Source of the DNA: an uncultured Planctomycetota bacterium
GTDB lineage: Bacteria > Planctomycetota > Phycisphaerae > Tepidisphaerales > Tepidisphaeraceae
DNA: 64,000 bases
Assembly: GCA_963841915.1 (NCBI GenBank)
Contig: CAWJEN010000005.1
Span: forward strand, 320,001-384,000
Direction of reading: 5' to 3'
How positions within the stretch are numbered: position 1 is the stretch's first letter; every line of letters begins with the position of its first letter. Under the pieces are notes generated by a model, which saw nothing but the letters and a program-made list of their open reading frames with translations, was not told where the DNA came from and made no database searches. A program made the translations under genes and the position numbers. This document shows, piece by piece, positions 31,859-41,678 of this stretch.

Positions 31859-33247
31859 TTAAAGCTCTGCCAGCTTCGCGTACAACGCGGCGGCGGTTCG
31901 GCGACCGGCGTGGAAGGCGCTGAGGTCCATCTTCTCGTTGGGTGCATGAAGGTTGTCGTCCGGCAGGCCGAAGCCGACGAAAAGCGTGTCGAGCCCGAGC
32001 TGCTCTTTGAACAAGCCACCGACGGGGATGCTCCCGCCCTCGCGAATTGTCACAGGTCGTGTGCCGAATCCGATCTCTATTGCGTCACCGGCCAGCTTCA
32101 TCGCCGGTGAACCTTGCGGCAACAGGCTGGCGTCGATGCCGCCGTGGTCCAGAAAGCTAAGCGAACAGTTTGCAGGACACCGAGCTTGCAGCGTCGCCTG
32201 GAACTGCCGGCGTACGACCGTCCAGTTCTGGCCGGGGACGAGCCGCATCGATATCTTCGCTGACGCCTTGGCGGGAATGACGGTCTTGGCACCGTCGCCC
32301 TGATAGCCGGTCGTGATGCCATTGACGTCGAGTGTCGGCCGGGCCCACTTGCGTTCGAGCGTGGTGAAGCCGGCTTCTCCCGTTCCGGCGTTGAGCCCGA
32401 GGTCGCGGAAATAGCCGTTATCGTCAAAGTTGAGCCGCTTCCAAGCAGCCTTTTCTTCGTCCGTGAGCTCAATGACGCCGTCGTAGAAACCGTCGACCAG
32501 GACGCGGCCTTCATCATCGTGCAGCGAAGCGATGAGCTTGCACAGCTCGTTCGCCGCATTGGGAACGGTGCCGCCGAACATGCCGCTGTGCAGATCGGTG
32601 TTGGCAGCCGTCAGCGTTACTTCCTGATAGCAGAGTCCGCGCAGGCCATACGTGATGGCCGGCTGGCCGGGACCAAACTGGCCGGTGTCGCTGACCACCG
32701 CGACGTCTGCCTTGAGATCGTGGGCGAAGCTCTTGACAAACGCCTCGAGGTTTTCGCTGGCGTTCTCCTCCTCGCCCTCGATGAGCATGATGAGGTTCAC
32801 CGGCAGGCCGCCTAGCGCCTGATACGTGACAACGGCGTCGACGTGAGCCCACACCGGGCCTTTGTCGTCGGCAGCTCCCCGTGCATAAACCTTCCCCTCA
32901 CGCGTCTGTGGCTCGAACGGCGGGCTCTTCCAAAGCTCCAGCGGCTCCGGTGGCTGTACGTCGTAGTGCCCGTAAAACAGCACGGTCGGCCGACCCGCTA
33001 CGTGTTTGTTCTTGGCGACGACGACCGGATGACCCAGCTTCTGCTTCGTGCCAGTCTCCATCACGCTCGTATTGAGGCCGGCGTTCTTGAGCTGATCTGC
33101 CAGCCACGTTGCTGCCCGGCGGCAGTCGCCGACGTGCTCGGGCTTGGTGCTCACCGACGGGATGGACAGGAAGTCGTTCAGTGCCGACTCGGCAGCGCCT
33201 GTCCGTTGATCCAAGGCGGCCAACACATCGTCAAGCTTTGCGTGCAT
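31859..33247 (-). CDS. M20 family dipeptidase
   Basis: YGHYDVQP, RGAADDKG, EGEEE, DLHSG, GGSIP, HAPNE. Confidence 0.92.
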   Translation of the reverse strand: MHAKLDDVLAALDQRTGAAESALNDFLSIPSVSTKPEHVGDCRRAATWLADQLKNAGLNTSVMETGTKQKLGHPVVVAKNKHVAGRPTVLFYGHYDVQPPEPLELWKSPPFEPQTREGKVYARGAADDKGPVWAHVDAVVTYQALGGLPVNLIMLIEGEEENASENLEAFVKSFAHDLKADVAVVSDTGQFGPGQPAITYGLRGLCYQEVTLTAANTDLHSGMFGGTVPNAANELCKLIASLHDDEGRVLVDGFYDGVIELTDEEKAAWKRLNFDDNGYFRDLGLNAGTGEAGFTTLERKWARPTLDVNGITTGYQGDGAKTVIPAKASAKISMRLVPGQNWTVVRRQFQATLQARCPANCSLSFLDHGGIDASLLPQGSPAMKLAGDAIEIGFGTRPVTIREGGSIPVGGLFKEQLGLDTLFVGFGLPDDNLHAPNEKMDLSAFHAGRRTAAALYAKLAEL

Positions 33248-33305
33248 GCCGCGACGGTAGAACCGGCCGACGCCTCACGATGAACTCACAAACCAGGCGA
33301 ACGCC

Positions 33306-35039
33306 CTAAGCCGGTACAGCCGCATCTGCAGCGGCAGCAATGTGCTCACGGTGCATCCGCCAAAGCACCAGGAAACTGCTGATGCCGACGTAGAAGTAAC
33401 CGACCGCGAACATCACCAGGAATGGCAGCGAGAATATAGCGTACTGGTAGACCACCGAGATGAAGACGAAGCAACTGATATAGATGCCAAAGGCCGTTTC
33501 GACGATGGGCAGGCCCAGCGTCTTGAGCGTCCAGAACCCGCTGGACTTGCGGGCAGCGGACAACGTCTTGGCGTCGCGGCGGACGTTGTCGCTGTTGTAG
33601 CGCTTCTTCACCCGGCTGTTCGTCGCATACTTCGGTGTGCGAACGAACTCGTTGACGACCGGGCCGCCCTTCTTGTACTGGCGACGTGTCCAGATCGCTT
33701 CCCAAACCGCCCGGGTGTTGTTGAGGCTGAGACCGACGCCGAGTGCCATGATGAACGGCATGTACAGCAGCGTCCGCCAGCCGGTCTTCTTGCCGAAAAG
33801 CTCAGATTGAGCAAAGGCAAAGAAGGTGGCAGTGCTGCACGAGGCAACGACGAAGAGGGTGAAGCCGAAGAGGAACGTGCCGACCGGATGATCCTTCAAG
33901 GGAGCATCGCTCAAAATGAAGGCGGGGTACATCAGCAGCGTCATGATGACGACGAGCGGATAGACGGCGACGTTCGTCAAGTGGAAGAACGCCTCGCTCT
34001 TGACCCTGAACGGCAGCGCCTTGCTCTTGAGGATGCGCGGAAGCAGCTTGATCGCAGTCTGGAAGCTGCCCTTCGTCCAACGGTGGGCCTGCTGCTTGAA
34101 CGCGATCATCTCAGGCGGCAGCTCCGCAGGAGCCGCGTGCTGGGGCAGATAGACGAATTGCCACCCCTTGATCTGTGCCCGATACGACAGGTCGAGGTCT
34201 TCGGTCAACGTGTCATGCTGCCAGCCACCGGCGTCACCGATAGTCTCCCGACGCCACACGCCTGCCGTGCCATTGAAGTGCATGAAGCGGCCGCTCCGGT
34301 TGCGAGCGGTGTGCTCGATGACGAAATGGCCATCGAGGAAGATCGCCTGCGACTTGGTCAGCAGCGACGCGTCGCGGTTGAGGTGATCCCAGCGGACCTG
34401 GACCATGCCGACCTTGTCGTCCCCAAAGTGCGGGACGACATCGTAAAGTAACTCAGGTGGTGGCACGAAGTCCGCATCGAAGATGGCTACGTACTGGCCT
34501 TTTGCGCTTTTGAGTCCCTCGGCTAGCGCACCAGCCTTGTACCCCGTACGCACCTGGCGGTGGTGGTAAGAGATGTCAATGCCCTTGGCAGCCCAGCGCT
34601 CAACCGACGCCTTGGCGATTTCGGCTGAGCCGTCTGTCGAATCATCGAGAACCTGAATCTCAAGCCTATCCCGCGGCCAGTCCATGCGACAGGCTGCGTC
34701 GATGACGCGCTCGGCAACGAGATCCTCATTGTACATCGGCAGCTGCACCGTCACGCGAGGCAGCGTGTCACGCAGCGTGGTCGGCTGATGCACATTGTGC
34801 CGGTACTTGCGATACAGGTGAACCAGCTTGTACCGGTGCAGGCCGTAAAACGCGAGCACCAGCAAGGTGAAGACGTAGATGCCCAGAACGCCCCAAAGAA
34901 CGAGCGGGCCAACCAGGAAGTCATGCAGCGCCACGAGCCAACTGGTCGCCGGATGCACGCCACGGCTGATCACCTCCGTCACATCGGCGGGCGGGGCGAG
35001 CGTACTGAGAATTTCGGCTTGTTCGACGACGGCGTGCAA
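33306..35039 (-). CDS. Processive GT2 glycosyltransferase (cellulose synthase-like)
   Basis: QLPMYNE, DDSTD, YKAGAL, FDADF, TEDLDL, QAHRW; flanking TMs; start uncertain. Confidence 0.9.
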   Translation of the reverse strand: MHAVVEQAEILSTLAPPADVTEVISRGVHPATSWLVALHDFLVGPLVLWGVLGIYVFTLLVLAFYGLHRYKLVHLYRKYRHNVHQPTTLRDTLPRVTVQLPMYNEDLVAERVIDAACRMDWPRDRLEIQVLDDSTDGSAEIAKASVERWAAKGIDISYHHRQVRTGYKAGALAEGLKSAKGQYVAIFDADFVPPPELLYDVVPHFGDDKVGMVQVRWDHLNRDASLLTKSQAIFLDGHFVIEHTARNRSGRFMHFNGTAGVWRRETIGDAGGWQHDTLTEDLDLSYRAQIKGWQFVYLPQHAAPAELPPEMIAFKQQAHRWTKGSFQTAIKLLPRILKSKALPFRVKSEAFFHLTNVAVYPLVVIMTLLMYPAFILSDAPLKDHPVGTFLFGFTLFVVASCSTATFFAFAQSELFGKKTGWRTLLYMPFIMALGVGLSLNNTRAVWEAIWTRRQYKKGGPVVNEFVRTPKYATNSRVKKRYNSDNVRRDAKTLSAARKSSGFWTLKTLGLPIVETAFGIYISCFVFISVVYQYAIFSLPFLVMFAVGYFYVGISSFLVLWRMHREHIAAAADAAVPA

Positions 35040-35276
35040 CAGGAGCGCTCCAACGGGTCAGGCTACCGCTCCCCAGGCGAGTCCCGGCGTGCCCTTGAGG
35101 GTCCGACACCCGCCGCCTGAGCGACTCGAGTGCGACGGAATAGGTCCGCCGACGGACGAACGTACATCATTCGTGATGCGAATCAAGCATCACACGCTTG
35201 ATGACAAAACTAGCTGGGCGATGCCTACTCCGTCGCTGCCTCGGCCGAAGCCTCAGTCGTGGCGGCTGCGGACTTG

Positions 35277-35795
35277 CTATTGCTGCTCATCACCCGCTTG
35301 GCAAATGCGCGACGACGCTCGCTGCGACGCTTGCGTAGACCGGCCGACTTGCGGCACGGTGCCGGTCGGAGCCGCTTCACTCTCGTCGCCGACGAGTTGC
35401 AGCACGACGATGTCGCCACCATCACCCAGGCGGTAGTTCGACGTCTTGATGATGCGTGTGTAACCACCCGGACGGCCTTCGTAGCGTGGGGCGACTTCGC
35501 TGAACAGCTTCTGGACCACAGTCGTCTCACGGCCCTTATCGCTCAGGATGAATTCCTGCTCCGAGTCGGTGAGACGGCGATCACGCAACTCAGCTACGAC
35601 GAGTCGGCGGGCGTGAAGCGTGCCCTTGCGGGCCTGCGTGATGAGCTTCTCGACGAAAGGCTGCACCTCGAGCGCTTTGGGCAGCGTCGTTCGGATGCTG
35701 CCGTGCTCGAACAGGCTTTGGGCCATGTTGCGGCGCATCGCGAGACGGTGCTCGGTGTCGCGGGAAAGCTGTCGGCCGCGGCGGCGGTGGCGCAT
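35277..35795 (-). CDS. rplQ: 50S ribosomal protein L17; tail probably frameshifted near 35353, true stop likely 35225
   Basis: MRHRRRGRQLSR, TTLPKA, RPGGYTRI. Confidence 0.95.
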   Translation of the reverse strand: MRHRRRGRQLSRDTEHRLAMRRNMAQSLFEHGSIRTTLPKALEVQPFVEKLITQARKGTLHARRLVVAELRDRRLTDSEQEFILSDKGRETTVVQKLFSEVAPRYEGRPGGYTRIIKTSNYRLGDGGDIVVLQLVGDESEAAPTGTVPQVGRSTQASQRASSRICQAGDEQQ

Positions 35796-35887
35796 ATCAG
35801 TCGGGTGAAGGGTGTCGCAGGTCGGGGAAAAGCCTCACGCGAGCGGTTTGTGCCCGCGGGAGGTGGAAATGGTGTCGGGCCGGCAGC

Positions 35888-37042
35888 CTAGGCCTCTTCA
35901 TTGGTGGCCGTCGTCTCGACAGGCTCTTCTTCGTCGTCAGACATGATGTAGGCGTCTTCGCCACCCATCGCTGCAGGAGCCGCAGCCGGTGGGCCCGAAC
36001 GCATCGCATCAAGGTCGATCCCGAGCGACAGGCCCATGTCGGCCAGCCGACGCTTGACCTCACGGAGGCTCGTCTTGCCGAACGAACGGACCTTCAGCAG
36101 GTCGGCATCGGTCTTCTGCACGAGCTCGCGGACGTTGCTGATCCGGGCAGACTCAAGACAGTTGTTGGCACGGACGCTCAGGTCGAGCTCCTGCACCGTC
36201 ATGTTCAGCTTCGACTCGAGATCGGGGTCAACCGCAGCCGAGGCGGCACCGGCGTTCTGCGTCGACTCCTGAAGACCTTGCACAGCCTCGTCGCTGGCGA
36301 GCTGGTCGCCGAGCTCGAAGTATTGGACGAACGGGTTGAGGTGCTTGCGAAGAATCTTCGCCGCCTCGACCATGGCCAGCTCGGGCGTGACGGTGCCGTC
36401 GGACCAGACCTCGAGAACGAGGCGGTCGTAGTCGGTCCGCTGACCAACGCGGGCGGCCTCAGTGTTGTACCGAACGCGGGTCACAGGGCTGAAATTGGAG
36501 TCGAGGTAGATGAAGCCGGTCTCGGCCTCGCCACTTTCCTCGGCGGCAGCGATGTGCTCCTTGTCCGTCTTGTAACCGCGGCCGACCTGCACGGTCAGCT
36601 CCATCTCGAAGTCGACGTCTTCTGTCAGCGTCGCGACGACAAGATCCTTGTTCACAATCTCAACACCGTCAGGCACCTCAATGTGACCGGCAGTAAGTTC
36701 CCCCGCTGCCGATGCGGCGAGCGTCAGGACCGTCGGCCCTTCGCTCACCGTGTCACTCTTAATGATAAGACTCTTGACGTTCAGTATGATGTCTGTGACA
36801 TCCTCGATGACGCCCGGCAAGCTGCTGAACTCGTGATCGGCACCCTTGATCTTCACCCGCGTGACGGCGGCACCTTCGATGCTGCTGAGCAGGATACGAC
36901 GGAGCGAGTTGCCGATCGTCGTACCGAAGCCACGCTCGAAGGGCTCTGCGGAGAAGCGGCCGAACGTCTCGTTGGAGACGCTCTCGTCGAGCTCCACCAT
37001 GCCGGGGAGTTCAAGGCCACGCCATTTCACTTTGCTAATCAT
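35888..37042 (-). CDS. rpoA: RNA polymerase alpha subunit
   Basis: EPFERGFGTTIGNSLRRILLSS; LSVRANNCL; FGKTSL. Confidence 0.98.
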   Translation of the reverse strand: MISKVKWRGLELPGMVELDESVSNETFGRFSAEPFERGFGTTIGNSLRRILLSSIEGAAVTRVKIKGADHEFSSLPGVIEDVTDIILNVKSLIIKSDTVSEGPTVLTLAASAAGELTAGHIEVPDGVEIVNKDLVVATLTEDVDFEMELTVQVGRGYKTDKEHIAAAEESGEAETGFIYLDSNFSPVTRVRYNTEAARVGQRTDYDRLVLEVWSDGTVTPELAMVEAAKILRKHLNPFVQYFELGDQLASDEAVQGLQESTQNAGAASAAVDPDLESKLNMTVQELDLSVRANNCLESARISNVRELVQKTDADLLKVRSFGKTSLREVKRRLADMGLSLGIDLDAMRSGPPAAAPAAMGGEDAYIMSDDEEEPVETTATNEEA

Positions 37043-37136
37043 AATTCTGCTCAGTTGAGGGTTTGAGGGTTCTCAGTCTCTGGCCGACCCGAATCGCGAA
37101 CCGTTGCCGCCCGCACCGTTGCGGACCATCTGCGGT

Positions 37137-37412
37137 TCACCTCGTCGGAGGCGGCGAATCTGTGTCTCGTTCTGCAGGGTCTGCGTCCTGCGCATCCAGC
37201 GGCTCCACAGGAAAGCCGCCGGGCTTAGTGCTTGCTGATCGTCCTCTTATGAGTTCGAGGAGACCGACGCCGAGTAAGACGCTGGCGACGCCGAAGCAAA
37301 TCCACGATTGATCTGATCCGCGCGAGCTCGCTCGCATGTCCATGCCGAACATGAGGGCGACTCCGCCGAGAAGAAGCAGGCCAATGGCTGTAAACCAGGA
37401 GCTTCGACTCAT
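37137..37412 (-). CDS. Small 2-TM hypothetical protein between rpsK and rpoA
   Basis: 91-aa co-oriented ORF with two hydrophobic segments, filling the spacer. Confidence 0.6.
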   Translation of the reverse strand: MSRSSWFTAIGLLLLGGVALMFGMDMRASSRGSDQSWICFGVASVLLGVGLLELIRGRSASTKPGGFPVEPLDAQDADPAERDTDSPPPTR

Positions 37413-37428
37413 CGGCAGACCCGCAGGA

Positions 37429-37827
37429 TCAGACGCGCCGCTTCTTCGGAGGGCGGCAGCCGTTGTGCGGGATCGGGGTGACGTCCTCGATCGTCAGCAC
37501 GCGAAGGCCGGCGTTCTGCAGGTTCAGCACGGCCTGCTCGCGGCCGGCGCCGGGGCCCTGCACGCGGACGTCGACTTCCTGAAGCCCCTGCCGACGGGCC
37601 TCGGTGCCGGCCTTCTCGGCGGCGCGGCCGGCGGCGAACGGGGTGCTCTTGCGGGCACCCTTGAAGCCAACGGCACCGGCCGAGGACCAGGAGATCGTCT
37701 CGCCGTTCATGTCGGTGAGCGTGACGATCGTGTTGTTGAAGCTCGCCTTGATGTGAGCCAGGCCGCGTGTTACGCCACGCTTGGCCTTCTTCTTGCCGCT
37801 TGGGCGGCCGCCTTGTGTTTTTGCCAT
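37429..37827 (-). CDS. rpsK: 30S ribosomal protein S11
   Basis: [34 protein letters not shown]. Confidence 0.98.
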   Translation of the reverse strand: MAKTQGGRPSGKKKAKRGVTRGLAHIKASFNNTIVTLTDMNGETISWSSAGAVGFKGARKSTPFAAGRAAEKAGTEARRQGLQEVDVRVQGPGAGREQAVLNLQNAGLRVLTIEDVTPIPHNGCRPPKKRRV

Positions 37828-37877
37828 GGATGGTGGTGTGGAGGGTTCGACGGACAAAAGGTCCTAGCCGCTCATGC

Positions 37878-38252
37878 TTACTTAGCGCCCTTTTTGCCGG
37901 CGACCGTCTTACGCGGTCCCTTGCGGGTGCGGGCATTCTTCTGCGTGTTCTGGCCGCGAACGGGCAGACCACGACGGTGGCGATCGCCGCGGTAGCTTTG
38001 AATGCTCCGCAGGCGACCGATGTTCTGGCTGACCTGACGACGCAGGACACCTTCGACAGGAATCTCGTTGTCGATGATGCTCGCCAACCGGCCGAGCTCA
38101 TCTTCGGTCAGGTCGCTTGCCTTCTTGTCAGCATCGACCTCGGCCTTCTTGCACAGCTCCAGCGCGTTCGTCGGCCCAATGCCGTAGATGTAGCGCAGGC
38201 TGATGTGCGTCTTCTTGTTGTTCGGAATGTCGACGCCGGAAACGCGGGGCAT
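37878..38252 (-). CDS. rpsM: 30S ribosomal protein S13
   Basis: [27 protein letters not shown]. Confidence 0.98.
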   Translation of the reverse strand: MPRVSGVDIPNNKKTHISLRYIYGIGPTNALELCKKAEVDADKKASDLTEDELGRLASIIDNEIPVEGVLRRQVSQNIGRLRSIQSYRGDRHRRGLPVRGQNTQKNARTRKGPRKTVAGKKGAK

Positions 38253-38309
38253 GATGGGTCCAAAAAGGCGGAGAGGTGATCAGTCGGTGGCAAATCCGTC
38301 GAAGACGGT

Positions 38310-38423
38310 TCAGCCCTGACGCTGCTTGTGCTTCGGGTTCGTGCAGATAACGCGCACGACGCCCTTGCGGCGAACGATCTTGCAGTTTTCACAGATACGT
38401 TTGACGCTGGAGCGAACCTTCAT
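38310..38423 (-). CDS. rpmJ: 50S ribosomal protein L36 (Zn-binding form)
   Basis: Below the ORF-track cutoff; manual translation [37 protein letters not shown]. Confidence 0.97.
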   Translation of the reverse strand: MKVRSSVKRICENCKIVRRKGVVRVICTNPKHKQRQG

Positions 38424-38553
38424 GACTTGCAGGTGATAGGTGACAGGCGGGTCAGGCTCGACGAAAGCTGTAGCATTCGTTGAACGGGAAAGGGTTATAT
38501 GTCTGAACGGAGCGGATGATCAACCGACGAGCCACATTCGTCGCGACTCCCGC

Positions 38554-39363
38554 TCAGGCAGCAGCTGCCAGCAGCTCTTGATTCGGCTGACGACCGTCCG
38601 TCAGGACGTCACAGCCGCTTTGCGTAATGGCCACCGTGTGCTCGATGTGGCACGCCGGCTTCCGATTTTTCGTGACGATGGTCCACTTATCGCTGAGGCT
38701 CTTCGTCTTGGGTGGGCCGACCACGAGCATCGGCTCGACAGCGAACGTCATGCCTGGGCGGAGAATGAAGTCGCTCCGCCGCTGTTCGGCGTTCGAGAAG
38801 TTGGGCACTTTCGGCTCCTCGTGCATCGTGCGGCCGATGCCGTGACCCACGAAGTCACGGACTACGCCGTAGCCCCGCTTTTCAGCAAATCGTTGCATCT
38901 CGCGGGCGATGTCGCTCCAGCGAGCACCAGGCTTGCTCATGTCGACCGCAAGGTCGATCGTGTGCTGCGTGGTGTCGAGCAACTTCTGTTTGTCCGACGG
39001 GAGCTTACCGACGCCGATGGTCAAGGCAGTGTCGGCGCAGTAGTCGCCGAGCTTCATCGCCAAGTCGAGCGTCACGAGGTCACCGTTCCGCAGCTTTCGC
39101 GGACCCGGAATGCCGTGAACGACCTCTTCGTCGACACTGATGCAACTCTCGGCCGGATATCCTTCACCCGGCTTGTATGTCGGGTAGTTCTTACTCATGC
39201 CGATCCCGCCGACCTTGGCGAGTTCGACGCGACAGATGTCGTTGACCTCGCCAGTGGTCGCTCCGGCCTTGGCGGCGGCGGCCATCGCCCGCAGGATCGT
39301 AAAGGCCGCAAAGCCTGTAGCCCGCATGAGTTCGATCTCACGCGGCGACTTGTAGATGATCAT
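38554..39363 (-). CDS. map: Methionine aminopeptidase type I
   Basis: VVHGIP, GHGIG, HEEP, VEPM, HIEHT; start could be 39387. Confidence 0.95.
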   Translation of the reverse strand: MIIYKSPREIELMRATGFAAFTILRAMAAAAKAGATTGEVNDICRVELAKVGGIGMSKNYPTYKPGEGYPAESCISVDEEVVHGIPGPRKLRNGDLVTLDLAMKLGDYCADTALTIGVGKLPSDKQKLLDTTQHTIDLAVDMSKPGARWSDIAREMQRFAEKRGYGVVRDFVGHGIGRTMHEEPKVPNFSNAEQRRSDFILRPGMTFAVEPMLVVGPPKTKSLSDKWTIVTKNRKPACHIEHTVAITQSGCDVLTDGRQPNQELLAAAA

Positions 39364-39407
39364 GCCGCTGTGGGCCTGGTTGAACATGGATGGGTGCGAA
39401 CGAAGTC

Positions 39408-40802
39408 TCAAAATTGGCGGCCGCGGATGCGCTTGTTCCGAACCTTGGGGTCATCAGCAAGGAACCCGCCGTAGTTCCGCATGAGCAGGTTGGCCTCGAT
39501 GCGCTGGACCATGTCGAGCGCGACACTCACTACAATCAATAGACCGGTGCCGCCGAGGAACGCGGTGATCGTGTAGGGGATATTCAGCGTCGCCCCGATG
39601 ACGCTCGGAATGATCGCAATGGCTGCCAGGAAGGCGGCACCCACGAAGGTGATCCGGTTCATCACGCGTTCGAGGTATTCAGCCGTCCGCTTACCGGGAC
39701 GCAGGCCGGGGATAAAGCTGCCGTAGTCGCGAAGCTGGTTGGCCATCTCCTTGGGCTGGAACTGAACCGTGGTCCAGAAGTAGCTGAAGAAGAAGATCAT
39801 CGCGACCATCGTGATGACGTAGAGGAAGCCGCCGTAGTCGCCGAACTCGGTATTGAGGAAGCTCAATGATGAGCCGAGGAAGCCGGTGGCAGGCGCTCCT
39901 TTGTTTACCGCGTTATCCAGGTAGCCGAAGAGAATGCCCGGGAAGAGCATCAGGCTTTGGGCGAAGATGATTGGCATGACGCCGCCGTGGTTGACCCGGA
40001 GCGGCAGGAACTGCTTCGTGCCGCCGTAAACCTTGCGGCCGCGGGTGTGCTTGGCCTGCTGGATCGGGATACGACGCTGTGCCTGCGTGATGGCGATGGC
40101 ACCCATGACGACGATGATGAAGCAGGCGAGCAATGCCAGCAGATCGCCGATGCTGATCGCCCCGGCAGCGGCACCGAGATCCAGGCTGAAGTTCTGCACG
40201 AGGCTGACCACGGCCTGCGGCATCTGACTGACGATGCCGGCGAGAATCAGCAGCGAAATGCCGTTGCCAAGGCCATACTCGTCGATCTGTTCGCCGAGCC
40301 ACATCAGGAACATGGTGCCGGCCACCAGACCGAGCATGCCGAGGAACCAAAAGCTCGTCCCGAATCCCGGCAGGATGAGTTGCTGCTGTTGGATGTAGCT
40401 GAGCCAGAACGACGCCTGCAGAGCCGCAATGATGACGGTGGCATAACGCGTCCACTCCTGGATCTTCTTCTGCCCGGACTGCCCTTCCTTCTTGAGCTTC
40501 TCGAGTGCAGGAACGACGCTCGTCAGAAGCTGGAAGATGATGCTTGCAGAGATGTAGGGCATCACGCCCAGACCGAAAATCGTCGACTGGCTCAGCGAGC
40601 CTCCGCTGAAGATTGCGACGTATGTCGCCAGGCGACTACCGGCGTCACCCTGGTTCTCCATCGACTGCTCGAATTGAACCTGGTCGAGGCCCGGCAGTGG
40701 GATGTGAAAGCCGACGCGGTAAATCGCCAGCATGAGCAAGGTGAAAAGCACCTTGTTCCGCAATTCCGGAACGCGGAAGATATTGAGAACTGTGGTCAGC
40801 AT
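39408..40802 (-). CDS. secY: Preprotein translocase SecY
   Basis: LGVMPYISASII, GLGNGISL, GVMPIIFA, IPGLRPG, GGTGLLIVV. Confidence 0.98.
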   Translation of the reverse strand: MLTTVLNIFRVPELRNKVLFTLLMLAIYRVGFHIPLPGLDQVQFEQSMENQGDAGSRLATYVAIFSGGSLSQSTIFGLGVMPYISASIIFQLLTSVVPALEKLKKEGQSGQKKIQEWTRYATVIIAALQASFWLSYIQQQQLILPGFGTSFWFLGMLGLVAGTMFLMWLGEQIDEYGLGNGISLLILAGIVSQMPQAVVSLVQNFSLDLGAAAGAISIGDLLALLACFIIVVMGAIAITQAQRRIPIQQAKHTRGRKVYGGTKQFLPLRVNHGGVMPIIFAQSLMLFPGILFGYLDNAVNKGAPATGFLGSSLSFLNTEFGDYGGFLYVITMVAMIFFFSYFWTTVQFQPKEMANQLRDYGSFIPGLRPGKRTAEYLERVMNRITFVGAAFLAAIAIIPSVIGATLNIPYTITAFLGGTGLLIVVSVALDMVQRIEANLLMRNYGGFLADDPKVRNKRIRGRQF

Positions 40803-40949
40803 GGCTAGTCGATCGAGGGTGCCGCAGAGGACGGTCGCGGGAGCTTAGGAGTCAGCGGTCCCGTGGGGGAAGCAGAAGGCCAAGCCGATGACGGCTTGGC
40901 CTGCTGGTTCGGACCTGATCAAATAAAGGATGATCACGTCACGGCAGGC

Positions 40950-41612
40950 TCAAGCCTCCGTGCCGCTCTCGGGTGCCTTCGTGACGTCGTCGTCCTTGCT
41001 GACGACATCAGCAGCGACAGACGTTTCGGAAGCAGACGTCTCCAGGTTCGCCTCATCCGCGGGCTTCTCTTGTGGAGGGAGGCCGAGCTTGGCAAGACGC
41101 TTGTCGAGCTTGCGGCTGAGCCGCTCGTTCTTCGGCTCCTTGAAGCTGTAGCCCTGACCGTCGGCGGTCAACGCTTCGCCGCCGGCCTTACCAATCAGGT
41201 CATACGCGTTGCGGCTGTACCCTTCGACCTTGATTGTCAGCTTCTTCGTCAGCTCACCGTCGCCGAGAATCTTCACCGGGAGGCGAAGATTCGGAATAAG
41301 CCCTGTTGTCTTGAGCAGCTCCCGGTCGATGGTCGTGCCGTCGTCGAACCGCTCCAGGAGCGACACATTGACAGTGCTGTAACGGGTCTTGAAGAGGTGG
41401 TTCGAGAAGCCACGCTGCGGGAAGCGGCGGTAGATCTCGGTCTGGCCACCCTCAAAGCCACGCCGCATCGGCTTACCGCCGCGGGAGTTGGCACCCTTGT
41501 GCCCGGTGCCACTGGTCTTACCCTTAGAGCCTTCGCCACGGCCAACGCGCTGCCGACGCTTGTGCTTGCCGGCGGCTTGGAGAATGTCACTGAGAAGATT
41601 GGGATTTGGCAT
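40950..41612 (-). CDS. rplO: 50S ribosomal protein L15 with C-terminal extension
   Basis: RVGRGEGSKGKTSG, FEGGQ, KILGDG. Confidence 0.96.
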   Translation of the reverse strand: MPNPNLLSDILQAAGKHKRRQRVGRGEGSKGKTSGTGHKGANSRGGKPMRRGFEGGQTEIYRRFPQRGFSNHLFKTRYSTVNVSLLERFDDGTTIDRELLKTTGLIPNLRLPVKILGDGELTKKLTIKVEGYSRNAYDLIGKAGGEALTADGQGYSFKEPKNERLSRKLDKRLAKLGLPPQEKPADEANLETSASETSVAADVVSKDDDVTKAPESGTEA

Positions 41613-41678
41613 GATGATGTGCTTCCTGTACTGGCGGCCGGGAGCTGGCCTCGCGTGCAAAAAAGAGACTGATCAAAC

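Noticed and set aside
35125..35205. Overlapping short inverted repeats between rplQ and the GT2 gene
   Set aside because: Short stems without a clear U-tract or recognisable RNA motif; not enough to call
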